Below the pieces are notes generated by a model. The model made no database searches. It saw only the letters and a list, made by a program, of their open reading frames with translations, and was not told where the DNA came from. A stretch of 64,000 bases of DNA from Myxococcota bacterium. GTDB taxonomy: Bacteria > Myxococcota_A > UBA9160 > UBA6930. A program made the position numbers and the translations under genes. Position 1 is the stretch's first letter, and each line of letters opens with the position of its first letter. Positions 30,317-42,827 of this stretch are shown piece after piece. The DNA lies in the NCBI GenBank assembly GCA_965223705.1, contig OZ245015.1:135106-199105 (forward strand), in the 5' to 3' direction.

Positions 30317-30627
30317 CTCCTAGCGTTCGCATCAGTGAAGAGGCTGAAGCCGAGGTGGCTGAGTCGGCTCGCTGGTACGAGACAAACCGAGCGAACTTGG
30401 GCGCAGAGTTCCTCGAGGCAGTTGACCTGGCAGTAGATCGAGCCGCAACGAACCCCGCGGCGGGTTCACCGGTGCCGGGTGTTGAAGACGCGGCTGTTCG
30501 CCGGTGGCCGGTACGCCGTTTCCCGTATCACGTTGTGTACGTCGAGCTCCCCGACCGTCTTCAGATTCTCGCTGTGGCGCACGATCGCCGACGCCCCGGA
30601 TATTGGATCGGTCGGCTGCCAAGCTGA
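30313..30627 (+). CDS. RelE/ParE family toxin
   Basis: A..E...A.WY, RRFPY.VVY, ILAVAH.RR.PGYW; 4-nt overlap with the antitoxin. Confidence 0.9.
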   Translation: MTPSVRISEEAEAEVAESARWYETNRANLGAEFLEAVDLAVDRAATNPAAGSPVPGVEDAAVRRWPVRRFPYHVVYVELPDRLQILAVAHDRRRPGYWIGRLPS

Positions 30628-30775
30628 CGCCCGAACATCCGTCTAACGGAGTTGCGGCTCAGTGGCCCGCCGACCTAATGGCGAGATTCCGCCGACACCG
30701 CTGGTAAGGGACCAAGACTAACGAACTAGAACCGAGCTAAGGCGGATCCACTGCAGCCGCTCTTATGATGCGATC

Positions 30776-30980
30776 CGTGATGAAATGAAGCGGCCGATGA
30801 GCACAAGCCACGTGCCCACCGGCCTTCATAGGGAGCGGTAGGCCGAAAGCCAAGAGGTCCCTTGCGAGACCGTTAACAAGCTCGGGTCACCGTTCCCGTT
30901 GCCGCAGCGAAGCTCGAACGATCGCTTGGGCCGCCCGGAGGCGAGCCCGTATTTGAGAGCCCGAGTTCGTTGTACCGGGA
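30776..30980 (+). ncRNA. Predicted bridge RNA (copy 1)
   Basis: Three stem-loops; guides match donor and target (see findings); ends approximate. Confidence 0.75.
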
Positions 30981-30988
30981 AGTTTATC

Positions 30989-31904
<916 letters not shown>

Positions 31905-31930
31905 GCGTTGACTTCCAACACGATCGCTTG

Positions 31931-32467
31931 TTAGGTGGCAGGTCCGCTTTGCGAGAACGCACAGCCAAAGCGCTCCGCGTTGGCCTCCGAGAAGAACACG
32001 GTGACCGCGTCGTCTGATACGAGTGTGGCCTCGTCGGAATACTCTCCGAGTGCCAAGAAAACAGGCTCGTGCCCGACGAGACTGAGTCGGATTCCGCAGG
32101 GGTACCAATGATCCGAGCGCTCGCTTGGGTACCAGCGAAGGGCGGTTGAGGCGATGTGTTTGCCAATGATGTCCGGCCACGGAGCCGTGCCCGAGACCGG
32201 CCACCGCGCGGTCTCCGGGCGCAGCTCCGATGAGAGGTCGCTGGGCAGGACTTTGAGACCAGTGTCTGAAGGAACGTCCCAGATAACGGAGACGACAGCG
32301 CCGCTTCCGAGGTGGAGCTCGACTCCGTAGTCGACGGAATGTCTATCGGAGCAGACGAACTCTGGCTTGCGGCTTTCGTACGCAATCTCTCGGTAGGTGA
32401 CGTCCCGAATCGAGTCGCCGCGCGTCGACTCAAGAAGCTCGAGTGCTGATCTGGCCGGCTCCTTCAC
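31931..32467 (-). CDS. Cassette hypothetical protein
   Basis: GTG start after CAGGAG; stop inside the attC core. Confidence 0.7.
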   Translation of the reverse strand: MKEPARSALELLESTRGDSIRDVTYREIAYESRKPEFVCSDRHSVDYGVELHLGSGAVVSVIWDVPSDTGLKVLPSDLSSELRPETARWPVSGTAPWPDIIGKHIASTALRWYPSERSDHWYPCGIRLSLVGHEPVFLALGEYSDEATLVSDDAVTVFFSEANAERFGCAFSQSGPAT

Positions 32468-32478
32468 GGTCTCCTGCC

Positions 32479-32608
32479 GCCTAACGGAGTTGCGGCTCAG
32501 TGGGCCCGCCGACCTAATGGCGAGATTCCGCCGATGCCGCTGGTAAGGGCACAAGACTAACGAACTAGGACTGAGCTAAGGCGGGTCCACTGCAGCCGCT
32601 GGTTAGAC
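32479..32608 (-). repeat. attC 4
   Basis: Family palindrome GCCTAAC...GTTAGAC. Confidence 0.9.
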
Positions 32609-32615
32609 GGCGCCA

Positions 32616-33008
32616 CTACTCGGGCGGTTGCTCCAGTAGTGCGAGAAGCCCACACGCTACAACAACCAAAACCGCTACAGCAGCTGCAAAACCGTAGGCG
32701 AACCGAATGCCCCCGCCGGCCGATCCTTCTAGCGCCATAGCGATACCGATTACAGCGATAGCAGCGGCAGAGACCCCGGGCAGGAGGCGTCTCGCGAGAC
32801 GAGAACGCTTGGATCGCGCGAGCAGCTGGGCCTGCGTCAGGCCTTCTCGGGCGAAGACCAGTGGGGCGATAAAGATAGTTCCGGCTCCAAGAGACGCGAG
32901 CACGACCAGGAATGGAGCGCCTGTCAGAAGGCCACCGACGGCTAATGCGAACATTAAGCAGCCGACGAAGCCGGCGAACGCGATCGCTGTTCGTAAGAGT
33001 GCGTTCAA
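32616..33008 (-). CDS. Cassette membrane protein (duplicate of 39466-39858)
   Basis: Four-TM ORF with an identical copy upstream in the array. Confidence 0.75.
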   Translation of the reverse strand: MNALLRTAIAFAGFVGCLMFALAVGGLLTGAPFLVVLASLGAGTIFIAPLVFAREGLTQAQLLARSKRSRLARRLLPGVSAAAIAVIGIAMALEGSAGGGIRFAYGFAAAVAVLVVVACGLLALLEQPPE

Positions 33009-33020
33009 CTCGTTGCGTCC

Positions 33021-33150
33021 GTCTAACGGAGTTGCGGCTCAGCGGTCCCGCCACACTAAGGGCAAGGGTCCGCCGGTACCGCTGGTTAAGCTCAAAACCT
33101 AACGAACTAGAAAAGCGCTGTGGCGGGTCCGCTGCAGCCGCTGGTTAGAC
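33021..33150 (-). repeat. attC 5 (subtype B)
   Basis: GTCTAAC..CAGCGG/CCGCTG..GTTAGAC. Confidence 0.9.
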
Positions 33151-33612
33151 AGCGTGCTCGTTTAGCCAGGCGAGGAGGGGGCTGTCGGGCGAGGTATGGG
33201 CGGCGACTACGTCCTTAAATCGCCCGGTGTCTTCCAGAATGAGTGGGACCCATATTGGCGAACCACCCGAAACAGCAAAGACCCGCAGACAGGGGCACAA
33301 CGGAATGTTCAAGAGAGAGACGTGGGAAATTTCGGACCACGCGATATCGCGCCGACGGCACCATGTATCGAAACCGCTTAAGGCCGATTCGTCTGTCTGA
33401 GCGAACGGCAACTTTTGAAAGATGAAGCCTATGCAGTAGCAATAGACGAGAACTACCCCAACCGTGACGGAGATTACCAGTACGGTTGCTAGGTCGGGGC
33501 GCCAGGCAATCGCGCTCGCTAAGCCGGCAGCTCCTCCGATTAACCCGAGCGAGAAGCTCCACCACCAGGAGACAGGGTGGTTCTCTGCCGGTAACGACGC
33601 CATAGCCACCAC
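33145..33612 (-). CDS. Cassette membrane protein
   Basis: Two TM helices plus a soluble domain; stop inside the attC core. Confidence 0.7.
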   Translation of the reverse strand: MVAMASLPAENHPVSWWWSFSLGLIGGAAGLASAIAWRPDLATVLVISVTVGVVLVYCYCIGFIFQKLPFAQTDESALSGFDTWCRRRDIAWSEISHVSLLNIPLCPCLRVFAVSGGSPIWVPLILEDTGRFKDVVAAHTSPDSPLLAWLNEHAV

Positions 33613-33654
33613 CTCGGTAGGTCGGCGAACTTTCTTAAGGGCTCGACAACGTCT

Positions 33655-33785
33655 GTCTAACGGACTTGCGGCTCAGCGGTCCCGCCACACTTAGTGGCAA
33701 GGGTCCGCCGGGCACGCTGGTTAGGCCCAAAACCTAACGAACTAGACGAGCGCTGTGGCGGGTCCGCTGCAGCCGCTTGTTGGGT
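33655..33785 (-). repeat. attC 6 (subtype B)
   Basis: GTCTAAC...GTTGGGT. Confidence 0.9.
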
Positions 33786-33797
33786 GGCGACGCCTCG

Positions 33798-34151
33798 CTA
33801 TTTCGTTTGAGGGGCGATGACCTTGTAGGAAGGGCCAAGACCGAAGAATCTCGATGTCTCGAGAACCCGCACTCGAGTACCTGTTGGGTACTCGCCTATC
33901 GCGCCGACGCTAGCTGTGACAACACGGCCGCTCTCGAGAGCGACATTCGCTTTGGACACGTAGCCGGCTTGAGTATCGACGCCTCGGGCGGCCTCTACGG
34001 TTCCCGACAACTCGCGCGTAGATCGGCCGAGACCAAGAACAACCATGAGAAAGAGGACGAAGCCAGCGAACGCGACACCCTTCGCCCAAGAGACGACTTG
34101 TCGCCTCCGACGAAGACGTGCTTCCTCTTCGAGAACCTCATAGGCCGACAT
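33798..34151 (-). CDS. Cassette hypothetical single-TM protein
   Basis: ORF fills the space between attC sites. Confidence 0.65.
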   Translation of the reverse strand: MSAYEVLEEEARLRRRRQVVSWAKGVAFAGFVLFLMVVLGLGRSTRELSGTVEAARGVDTQAGYVSKANVALESGRVVTASVGAIGEYPTGTRVRVLETSRFFGLGPSYKVIAPQTK

Positions 34152-34163
34152 GTTGCACCGTCC

Positions 34164-34292
34164 GCCCAACGGAGTTGCGGCTCAGTGGCCCGCCGACCTA
34201 ATGGCAAGGTTCCGCCGACACCGCTGGTAAGGCCACAAGACTAACGAACTAGAACCGAGCTAAGGCGGGTCCACTGCAGCCGCTGGTTAGGC
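34164..34292 (-). repeat. attC 7
   Basis: GCCCAAC...GTTAGGC. Confidence 0.9.
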
Positions 34293-34299
34293 GGAGGGC

Positions 34300-34551
34300 T
34301 CAGGATGACCTGACAAAGAGCGTCTTCACGAGCCGGCACAGGAGGATCAAGACGGCTGTCCAGAACGCGAGGTTCAGTAGGACTGCGATTACGACGCCAT
34401 CTGTTCGATGGCCTGGATCTTCAATGAGGAACGACACGATAAAAAGACCGGGCTCAACTACCCCGGGCCAAAGCCCGAGAAAAGTGAACAGGCAAGAAGC
34501 CAAGAAAGACAGAAGAATTGGCAAGAACCCGATTGGAGCCAACCTCCGCAC
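34300..34551 (-). CDS. Cassette small membrane protein
   Basis: Hydrophobic ORF between attC sites. Confidence 0.6.
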   Translation of the reverse strand: MRRLAPIGFLPILLSFLASCLFTFLGLWPGVVEPGLFIVSFLIEDPGHRTDGVVIAVLLNLAFWTAVLILLCRLVKTLFVRSS

Positions 34552-34742
34552 CCGTTCACCTTCCTAAGCATGGAAGCCTGGCCGCTGCTCCGAGCGACCG
34601 ACTTCCGCCTAACGGAGTTGCGGCTCAGTGGGCCCGCCGACCTGAAGGCAGGATTCCGCCGATACCGCTGGTAAGGCCTCAAGACTAACGAACTAGAACC
34701 GAGCTAAGGCGGATCCACTGCAGCCGCTCTTATGATGCGATC

Positions 34743-35879
<1,137 letters not shown>

Positions 35880-35914
35880 GCGTTGACTTCCAACACGATC
35901 GCTTGTTAGGCCGC

Positions 35915-36172
35915 TCACTGAGAAGCAGACGCCTCGCCCCGGAGAAGACCTGCGATGCTCAGATCTTCGTCGACATCGGGCCAGTGGATTCCCACGCCTT
36001 CGCCAAGGAGTTCGAAGTTCTGGCGCTGTGCGGGGGTGGCCCTCAGCAACCGAGGGAACCACGCGAGAGGAGCAGAAATGCGACGGCCGTCGGCAAGCAG
36101 AACAACCAGCTCGTCGTCCGTTACGTCAACTTCCTTTGCGCGGGCATCAACGCTCGGCAGCGAAGAACTCAT
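35915..36172 (-). CDS. DUF2442 family protein (putative antitoxin)
   Basis: L.DGR.I..PL.WFPRL..AT, GIHW.D.DEDLS. Confidence 0.85.
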   Translation of the reverse strand: MSSSLPSVDARAKEVDVTDDELVVLLADGRRISAPLAWFPRLLRATPAQRQNFELLGEGVGIHWPDVDEDLSIAGLLRGEASASQ

Positions 36173-36389
36173 TCCAGGCCTCCTCGAATTGTTCGCATCG
36201 CTCTTCGACCAACTCTTGAATCCGTCGCAGCTCGTGCGCCGGAAAGCCTGACGAAGAGGCTAGCGCCAATGGCCGCAGCCAGTACTTGGCGAGAGAACGG
36301 TCTCGCTGAACATGGATGTGTACGGGCTCTAACCCTTCGTTTCCAAAGAAGAAGAACCGGTACGGGCCGACCCGCGCAACCGTAGGCAT
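36147..36389 (-). CDS. DUF4160 family protein (putative toxin)
   Basis: MPT....G.YRFFF..NE..EP.HIHV, AK.WL. Confidence 0.85.
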   Translation of the reverse strand: MPTVARVGPYRFFFFGNEGLEPVHIHVQRDRSLAKYWLRPLALASSSGFPAHELRRIQELVEERCEQFEEAWNEFFAAER

Positions 36390-36432
36390 TGCTCGAGTGT
36401 AACGAGGTGATCTTACGACCCTAGGTCCGTCG

Positions 36433-36561
36433 GCCTAACGGAGTTGCGGCTCAGTGGTCCCGCCGATCTGAAGGCGAGATTCCGCCGGTACGCTGGTTAG
36501 GCCACAACACTAACGAACTAGGACCGCGCTAAGGCGGGTCCACTGCAGCCGCTTGTTGGGC
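36433..36561 (-). repeat. attC 9
   Basis: GCCTAAC...GTTGGGC. Confidence 0.9.
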
Positions 36562-36566
36562 CGCAC

Positions 36567-36857
36567 CTAGCTCAACGGTGGCAGCAACTGACTCGCCCTG
36601 AACACGGTGACTACCTCAAGCCGCTCTTCAGTAGAAACGCGGTACACAAGTCGGAAGGGCCTGACGATGATTTCTCGGAGGTCGGGGTCGCCTACTTCCG
36701 GAACGACTCGACCAACCCGCGGGAAGTCGCGTGCGCGTTCAGCTGCTGCGATGAGACGCTGGACCACAAGCGATGCCCAGCGGGGAGAGTCTTCGGAGAT
36801 GCGTGCATGTATCGTCTCAAGGTCTCGGAGCGACCGTGGCGACCATATGGTTCTCAC
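36567..36857 (-). CDS. RelE/ParE family toxin
   Basis: WS.....DL..I, FP..GRVVPE, RE.I...FRLVY. Confidence 0.9.
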   Translation of the reverse strand: MRTIWSPRSLRDLETIHARISEDSPRWASLVVQRLIAAAERARDFPRVGRVVPEVGDPDLREIIVRPFRLVYRVSTEERLEVVTVFRASQLLPPLS

Positions 36858-37036
36858 GCGCTAAAGCGCCGTTTGATCTCTTCGTGGGGGATGCCTTCGC
36901 CTGAATCGAGTTCAGCAAGGCCTTCCTCTACGCGGGCTAGAAACACGAGACGCTCAATCGCATCGTCGATGGTGGCGTCCGCGGGAAGATCTTGCAGCGC
37001 GTCGAGAATGCGTTGCTTTGAACTGGACTCGGCCAT
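36854..37036 (-). CDS. Cognate antitoxin
   Basis: LP.DA..DD.IE.L.F..RVE.GL.....G..I.HEE; overlaps the toxin start. Confidence 0.85.
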   Translation of the reverse strand: MAESSSKQRILDALQDLPADATIDDAIERLVFLARVEEGLAELDSGEGIPHEEIKRRFSA

Positions 37037-37209
37037 CGCTCAAAGGTAGCAGACCGCATTTGCTCGATTGTCGGCCCAACGGAGATGCGGCTCAGCGGTC
37101 CCGCCACACTTAATGGCAAGATTCCGCCGGGCCGCTGGCTGAGCCCAAAACCTAACGAACTAGAAAAGCGCTGTGGCGGGTCCGCTGTAGCCGCTCTTAT
37201 GATGCGATC

Positions 37210-38346
<1,137 letters not shown>

Positions 38347-38405
38347 GCGTTGACTTCCAACACGATCGCTTGTTAGACAGCAGCCTCCCCTTACTTAAGG
38401 GCAAC

Positions 38406-38857
38406 CTACGGCGAGGACCAGAAGTAAAGACCTTGAGGACGGTGTAAAGAACGTCGGCGCCTACAACCGCATACTCTCGATGACCGGCAGACCCGTTGGC
38501 GTTCGCCAGGGCACCGCCTACCCGGCGAGCTTCTTCTAGGGAGAAAGGACACTCTTTGAAAGGAAGGTTAGGTAGTGGAGCCGAGGACGGCTCGAAACCA
38601 CGAGACTGAAGGGCGCGAGAGACAGCCTTAGAGGCCACCTCTGGAAACACGGACTTCGAACAACGCGCGTTCGAATCTAGTTTGTGGGCCTCGATGATGG
38701 GCCCTGACATCTTTGGGAGAACGTCTGGCACCCAGCCTCGGTCGAACAAGCTGTCTTCTCGGGCTGCCGAATACGTTGGGTATGTATTGACTTGAAACTC
38801 GAGCGGCTCGCACGCCAGGCCAAAGAAGAAAACCAACGCAGGTAGAACGCGTACCAA
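38406..38857 (-). pseudogene. Cassette lipoprotein-like gene with an apparent 20-bp insertion near the 3' end
   Basis: Lipobox GLAC; removing 20 bp between the GTAAAGA repeats (38424, 38444) restores ...VLYFWSSP*. Confidence 0.55.
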
Positions 38858-38876
38858 GAAACGACCCCGACGGTCT

Positions 38877-39004
38877 GTCTAACGGAGTTGCGGCTCAGTG
38901 GCCCGCCGACCTAGTGGCGAGATTCCGCCGATACCGCTGGTAAGGGCACAGATTAACGAACTGGAACCGAGCTAAGGCGGGTCCACTGCAGCCGCTGGTT
39001 AGGC
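38877..39004 (-). repeat. attC 11
   Basis: GTCTAAC...GTTAGGC. Confidence 0.9.
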
Positions 39005-39307
39005 AGGAGCCCGTAACGACAGGCCGCAAAAGCTGCAGGTTGGGCGGCCGACCCACGCGCCGAGCCACCTCTTGCCCCTGACCCCGAAGAAGTACTTCTC
39101 GCACTTAGGACAGCGCGCATTGGATAGGCCGAACTGCTCAACGAACGTAAACAGCCCGCAGCCAAAGCCCACTACGAATACTGGCGCGGCAACTATCTCG
39201 GGCAGCACAAAGGCCGAGAAAAGGCAGCCAGTGAAAACCCATCCGCACAACCGGTAGCGATTCCATCTTCGCCTGAGAATCTCGAGCGCTTCAGATTGGC
39301 TGTCCAA
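38999..39307 (-). CDS. Cassette two-TM protein with C-terminal Zn-ribbon
   Basis: CPKC...CSFC; stop inside the attC core. Confidence 0.7.
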   Translation of the reverse strand: MDSQSEALEILRRRWNRYRLCGWVFTGCLFSAFVLPEIVAAPVFVVGFGCGLFTFVEQFGLSNARCPKCEKYFFGVRGKRWLGAWVGRPTCSFCGLSLRAPA

Positions 39308-39328
39308 GCTTGGGAACGCCTGCTGTCT

Positions 39329-39458
39329 GCCTAACGGAGTTGCGGCTCAGTGGGCCCGCCGACCTAATGGCGAGATTCCGCCGATGCCGCTGGTAAGGGC
39401 ACAAGACTAACGAACTAGGACTGAGCTAAGGCGGGTCCACTGCAGCCGCTGGTTAGAC
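39329..39458 (-). repeat. attC 12 (same as attC 4)
   Basis: GCCTAAC...GTTAGAC. Confidence 0.9.
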
Positions 39459-39465
39459 GGCGCCA

Positions 39466-39858
39466 CTACTCGGGCGGTTGCTCCAGTAGTGCGAGAAGCC
39501 CACACGCTACAACAACCAAAACCGCTACAGCAGCTGCAAAACCGTAGGCGAACCGAATGCCCCCGCCGGCCGATCCTTCTAGCGCCATAGCGATACCGAT
39601 TACAGCGATAGCAGCGGCAGAGACCCCGGGCAGGAGGCGTCTCGCGAGACGAGAACGCTTGGATCGCGCGAGCAGCTGGGCCTGCGTCAGGCCTTCTCGG
39701 GCGAAGACCAGTGGGGCGATAAAGATAGTTCCGGCTCCAAGAGACGCGAGCACGACCAGGAATGGAGCGCCTGTCAGAAGGCCACCGACGGCTAATGCGA
39801 ACATTAAGCAGCCGACGAAGCCGGCGAACGCGATCGCTGTTCGTAAGAGTGCGTTCAA
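39466..39858 (-). CDS. Cassette membrane protein (duplicate of 32616-33008)
   Basis: Identical 130-aa ORF. Confidence 0.75.
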   Translation of the reverse strand: MNALLRTAIAFAGFVGCLMFALAVGGLLTGAPFLVVLASLGAGTIFIAPLVFAREGLTQAQLLARSKRSRLARRLLPGVSAAAIAVIGIAMALEGSAGGGIRFAYGFAAAVAVLVVVACGLLALLEQPPE

Positions 39859-39870
39859 CTCGTTGCGTCC

Positions 39871-40000
39871 GTCTAACGGAGATGCGGCTCAGTGGGCCCG
39901 CCGACCTAAAGGCGAGGTTCCGCCGACACCGCTGGTAAGGGCACAAGACTAACGAACTAGAACCGAGCTAAGGCGGGTCCACTGCAGCCGCTGGTTAGGC
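39871..40000 (-). repeat. attC 13
   Basis: GTCTAAC...GTTAGGC. Confidence 0.9.
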
Positions 40001-40417
40001 GGCATACGACCTCGAAGGACGTAGCGAGCGAAAAGCCAACCGAGGCCAAACTGCTGCGAGGCCTGGGAGAAGTGAATAGAGATAGGGGCTGCCCGTTTGA
40101 TAGACGAGCGGAAACGTACAGACAGCTGCGACGACGGCGGGCACAAGGAAGGGCGCAACGCCGGGCTTCTCGAGAGAAACCGATCGTCTGGAAGCAACCC
40201 ACCAGACGCTAACAGCTAGGAAGCACCCAACGACGCAGAGCGTGACGCCAAGAAGAGTGAACACGACAAACAGTTCAACAAGCTTGCCTGCTGACGCCTC
40301 GAACTGCCCGTTCGATAGAAGCCAGAATGCGCGCAGAAGCGCTACTGCAGCTCCGAATACGGCTGGGGTGGCCAGCCCTGACCACAGAAACCACCGAATG
40401 GCTGAGCCGACTGACAT
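39995..40417 (-). CDS. Cassette membrane protein
   Basis: Four TM segments; ATG 5 nt from the core; stop inside the attC core. Confidence 0.7.
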   Translation of the reverse strand: MSVGSAIRWFLWSGLATPAVFGAAVALLRAFWLLSNGQFEASAGKLVELFVVFTLLGVTLCVVGCFLAVSVWWVASRRSVSLEKPGVAPFLVPAVVAAVCTFPLVYQTGSPYLYSLLPGLAAVWPRLAFRSLRPSRSYAA

Positions 40418-40421
40418 GTTC

Positions 40422-40547
40422 GCCTAACGGAGTTGCGGCTCAGTGGCTCGACCTGATGGCGAGAGTCCGCCGATACCGCTGGTAAGGGCACAAGACTAAC
40501 GAACTAGAACCGAGCTAAGGCGGGTCCACTGCAGCCGCTTGTTAGGC
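40422..40547 (-). repeat. attC 14 (first cassette; small internal deletions; unoccupied perfect IS target)
   Basis: GCCTAAC...GCAGCCGCTTGTTAGGC. Confidence 0.9.
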
Positions 40548-40922
40548 GGCTCGAGCCCCTATACCAGGCAACACCATGATCGCTTGGGCCGCCCGGAGGC
40601 CGGAGACCACGACAGCGACAACTCCGAGGCAAGCCAAGACGATTGCGATGGGATTCAGCTTGAAGAGGCCCCAAGAGAAGAACCAGCAGAAGGGCTGCCA
40701 CGCCTAAGGGACGAATAGATGATTGGGCAGGTCCGGAGATGCCAAGACGATTGCCGCTCGATAGTCAGTGATTGAGAAGCGGACGATCCACACTACGCCC
40801 ACGAACGCGGGCAACAACGCGGATGCTCGAACAAGAAAAGCGATTACGGGATGGAGCTGTGCGGGGCGAGTGAGCTGCGAGAGCAGCGAATCAGGTGTGG
40901 AGGAGTCCAGTTCTTTCGCCAT
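40542..40922 (-). pseudogene. First cassette: membrane-protein gene interrupted by TAG at 40704-40706
   Basis: Same frame resumes ...SWGLFKLNPIAIVLACLGVV...ARAA* and ends in the attC core. Confidence 0.6.
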
Positions 40923-40932
40923 CGCCTCTACC

Positions 40933-40985
40933 GCCTAACTACTAATTCGACGGCACCCACTGCCGCCTGTTCTGCAGCATATCAT
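40933..40985 (-). other. attI site (crossover G|TTAGGC at 40939/40938) with a possible extended -10 TGATATGCT at 40976-40984
   Basis: Last GTTRRRY core before intI, with no attC palindrome; the promoter call is tentative. Confidence 0.7.
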
Positions 40986-41139
40986 TCATCTACACACGCA
41001 GCGTTTGTTGCGGTTTGTGAGGCGGGACGCGGGTTTTGGGGTCGAGGATAGGCGGTTGTCGTGTTACAACACGGCAGTATCGGCATCCCGGGCCGGCGCG
41101 GAGATAGCTCACCCTTACTGTGGTTCGCTTGCACTACGT

Positions 41140-41155
41140 GTGAACAGATGTTCAC
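41140..41155. promoter_or_regulatory. Putative LexA (SOS) box GTGAAC-AGAT-GTTCAC
   Basis: Perfect GAAC-N4-GTTC palindrome 18 nt upstream of the intI ATG; SOS control of intI is established. Confidence 0.65.
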
Positions 41156-41173
41156 GTGGGGCGGGGGGTGAGA

Positions 41174-42160
41174 ATGTCGTCTTTCGAAGACCGCAAACCG
41201 CGGAAGTTGCTCGATCAGCTGCGGGACAAGGCTCGGGTGCTTCACTACAGCGCTCGCACCGAAGAATCCTACGTGGCGTGGGTGCGGCGCTTCATTCTGT
41301 TCCACAACAAGCGGCATCCACGCGAGATGGGGGGCGAGGAGATCGCGGCCTTCCTCACGCACCTCGCGGTTCACCGGAGGGTCGCGGCGCCGACGCAGAA
41401 CCAGGCGTTGCAGGCGATCCTCTTTCTCTACCGCGAGGTCCTGCGGATGAGCCCGCCGCGTGTGTCCGAAGTGGTGCGGGCGCGGCGGCCGGTGCGCATG
41501 CCGGTCGTGCTGTCGCGGGGCGAAGTGGCGCGGCTGCTCGCAGCGCTCGAGGGGAGCCCGAAGCTCGTCGCGAGCGTACTCTACGGGTCGGGGCTCCGGT
41601 TGATGGAGTGTCTGACGCTGCGCGTTCAAGATCTTGACCTCGAGCGCTGCGAGATCCGGGTTCGCGACGGGAAAGGCGGCGGCGACCGGGTGACGGTGTT
41701 GCCGGAAACCCTGATTGCGCCGCTGCGCGAGCACCTCGCGACAGTCGAGCGCAAGCACGCGAGCGATCTGTCGGATGGCCTCGGCGAGGTCCCGCTACCG
41801 GGCGCTCTGGCCCGGAAATACCGCAATGCATCGCGTGAGTTTCGCTGGCAGTGGGCGTTTCCGGCGGCGAGCCGTTGGAAGAATAAGCGCACGGCTGAGG
41901 AAGGACGGCACCATCTGCACGAATCGGCCGTGCAGCGCCGGATCCGGAGCGCTGCGCGATCTGCTGGAATCGCGAAACGGGCGACGGCGCACACGCTGCG
42001 GCACAGTTTTGCGACGCACCTGCTCGAATCTGGGTCGGACATTCGAACAGTGCAAGAGCTCCTGGGGCACCGGAACGTGCGCACGACGATGATCTATACG
42101 CATGTGCTCAACCGAGGCGGGCTCGGAGTGACGAGTCCGCTCGACGGGGTCGCGCGATGA
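41174..42160 (+). CDS. intI: Integron integrase
   Basis: HYS.RTE..Y..W, LYGSGLR, K, IntI insertion (G.G.V.LP.AL.RKY..A..E..WQW.FPA), [17 protein letters not shown]. Confidence 0.97.
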   Translation: MSSFEDRKPRKLLDQLRDKARVLHYSARTEESYVAWVRRFILFHNKRHPREMGGEEIAAFLTHLAVHRRVAAPTQNQALQAILFLYREVLRMSPPRVSEVVRARRPVRMPVVLSRGEVARLLAALEGSPKLVASVLYGSGLRLMECLTLRVQDLDLERCEIRVRDGKGGGDRVTVLPETLIAPLREHLATVERKHASDLSDGLGEVPLPGALARKYRNASREFRWQWAFPAASRWKNKRTAEEGRHHLHESAVQRRIRSAARSAGIAKRATAHTLRHSFATHLLESGSDIRTVQELLGHRNVRTTMIYTHVLNRGGLGVTSPLDGVAR

Positions 42161-42792
42161 GCGGTAACGAGGCGTCGCCCGAAATTCCGCCGGCGTTCCT
42201 CGAGCGCCTCGATCCGGCGCCGGACGAGTTCTTCTACGCCGAGCCGCGGTTCGTTGCGCACATCGATCCGGAAACGATCGCGGCGTTGACCGATGCCTAT
42301 GCGGAGCTTCTGCCCGCGGGCGGGCGGGTGCTCGACTTGATGTCGTCGTGGATCTCGCATCTCCCGGAAACCGTTGCGTACGCGTCGGTGACGGGCCTTG
42401 GGATGAACGAGCCCGAGCTCGCGGCCAACCCTCGCCTCGACACCCGCGTCGTTCACGATTTGAACGCGGATCCAGCGCTCCCATTTCCGTCGGCGAGCTT
42501 TGACGCAGCAGTCAACGCGGTTTCGATCCAATACCTCACCCGGCCGGTGGAGGTGTTCCGCGAGGTGGGGCGGGTGCTCGCGCCGGGTGGCGTCCATATC
42601 GTCGCCACGTCGCATCGCATGTTTCCCACTAAGGCGATCCGCGCCTGGCACATGTTGGCGCCGGAGGAGCGCCTCGCGCTGATCGCCCGCTATTTCGCAG
42701 ATTCGGGAGCGTTTGAGCCGGCCGAGATGCTGGATCGTTCTCCGGCGGGGGCAGATCCGTTGTGGTTGGTGATGGCCAAGCGGAGGGAGTGA
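42157..42792 (+). CDS. Methyltransferase type 11-like protein
   Basis: D..FY..PRFV.HID, LDLMSSW.SHLP, GLGMN..EL..N. Confidence 0.85.
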   Translation: MSGNEASPEIPPAFLERLDPAPDEFFYAEPRFVAHIDPETIAALTDAYAELLPAGGRVLDLMSSWISHLPETVAYASVTGLGMNEPELAANPRLDTRVVHDLNADPALPFPSASFDAAVNAVSIQYLTRPVEVFREVGRVLAPGGVHIVATSHRMFPTKAIRAWHMLAPEERLALIARYFADSGAFEPAEMLDRSPAGADPLWLVMAKRRE

Positions 42793-42827
42793 TATGCTCC
42801 GCCGACCTGGTACACGGTGGTCGCTCG

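Noticed and set aside
35883-35912. Outward hybrid promoter from the IS right-end -35 into the cassettes
   Set aside because: The flank gives TTAGGC, TTAGAC or TTAGGT at the -10 position, a poor match
40704-40706. Pyrrolysine or other read-through at the TAG of the first cassette
   Set aside because: No supporting context; a nonsense mutation or compensating frameshifts explain it more simply
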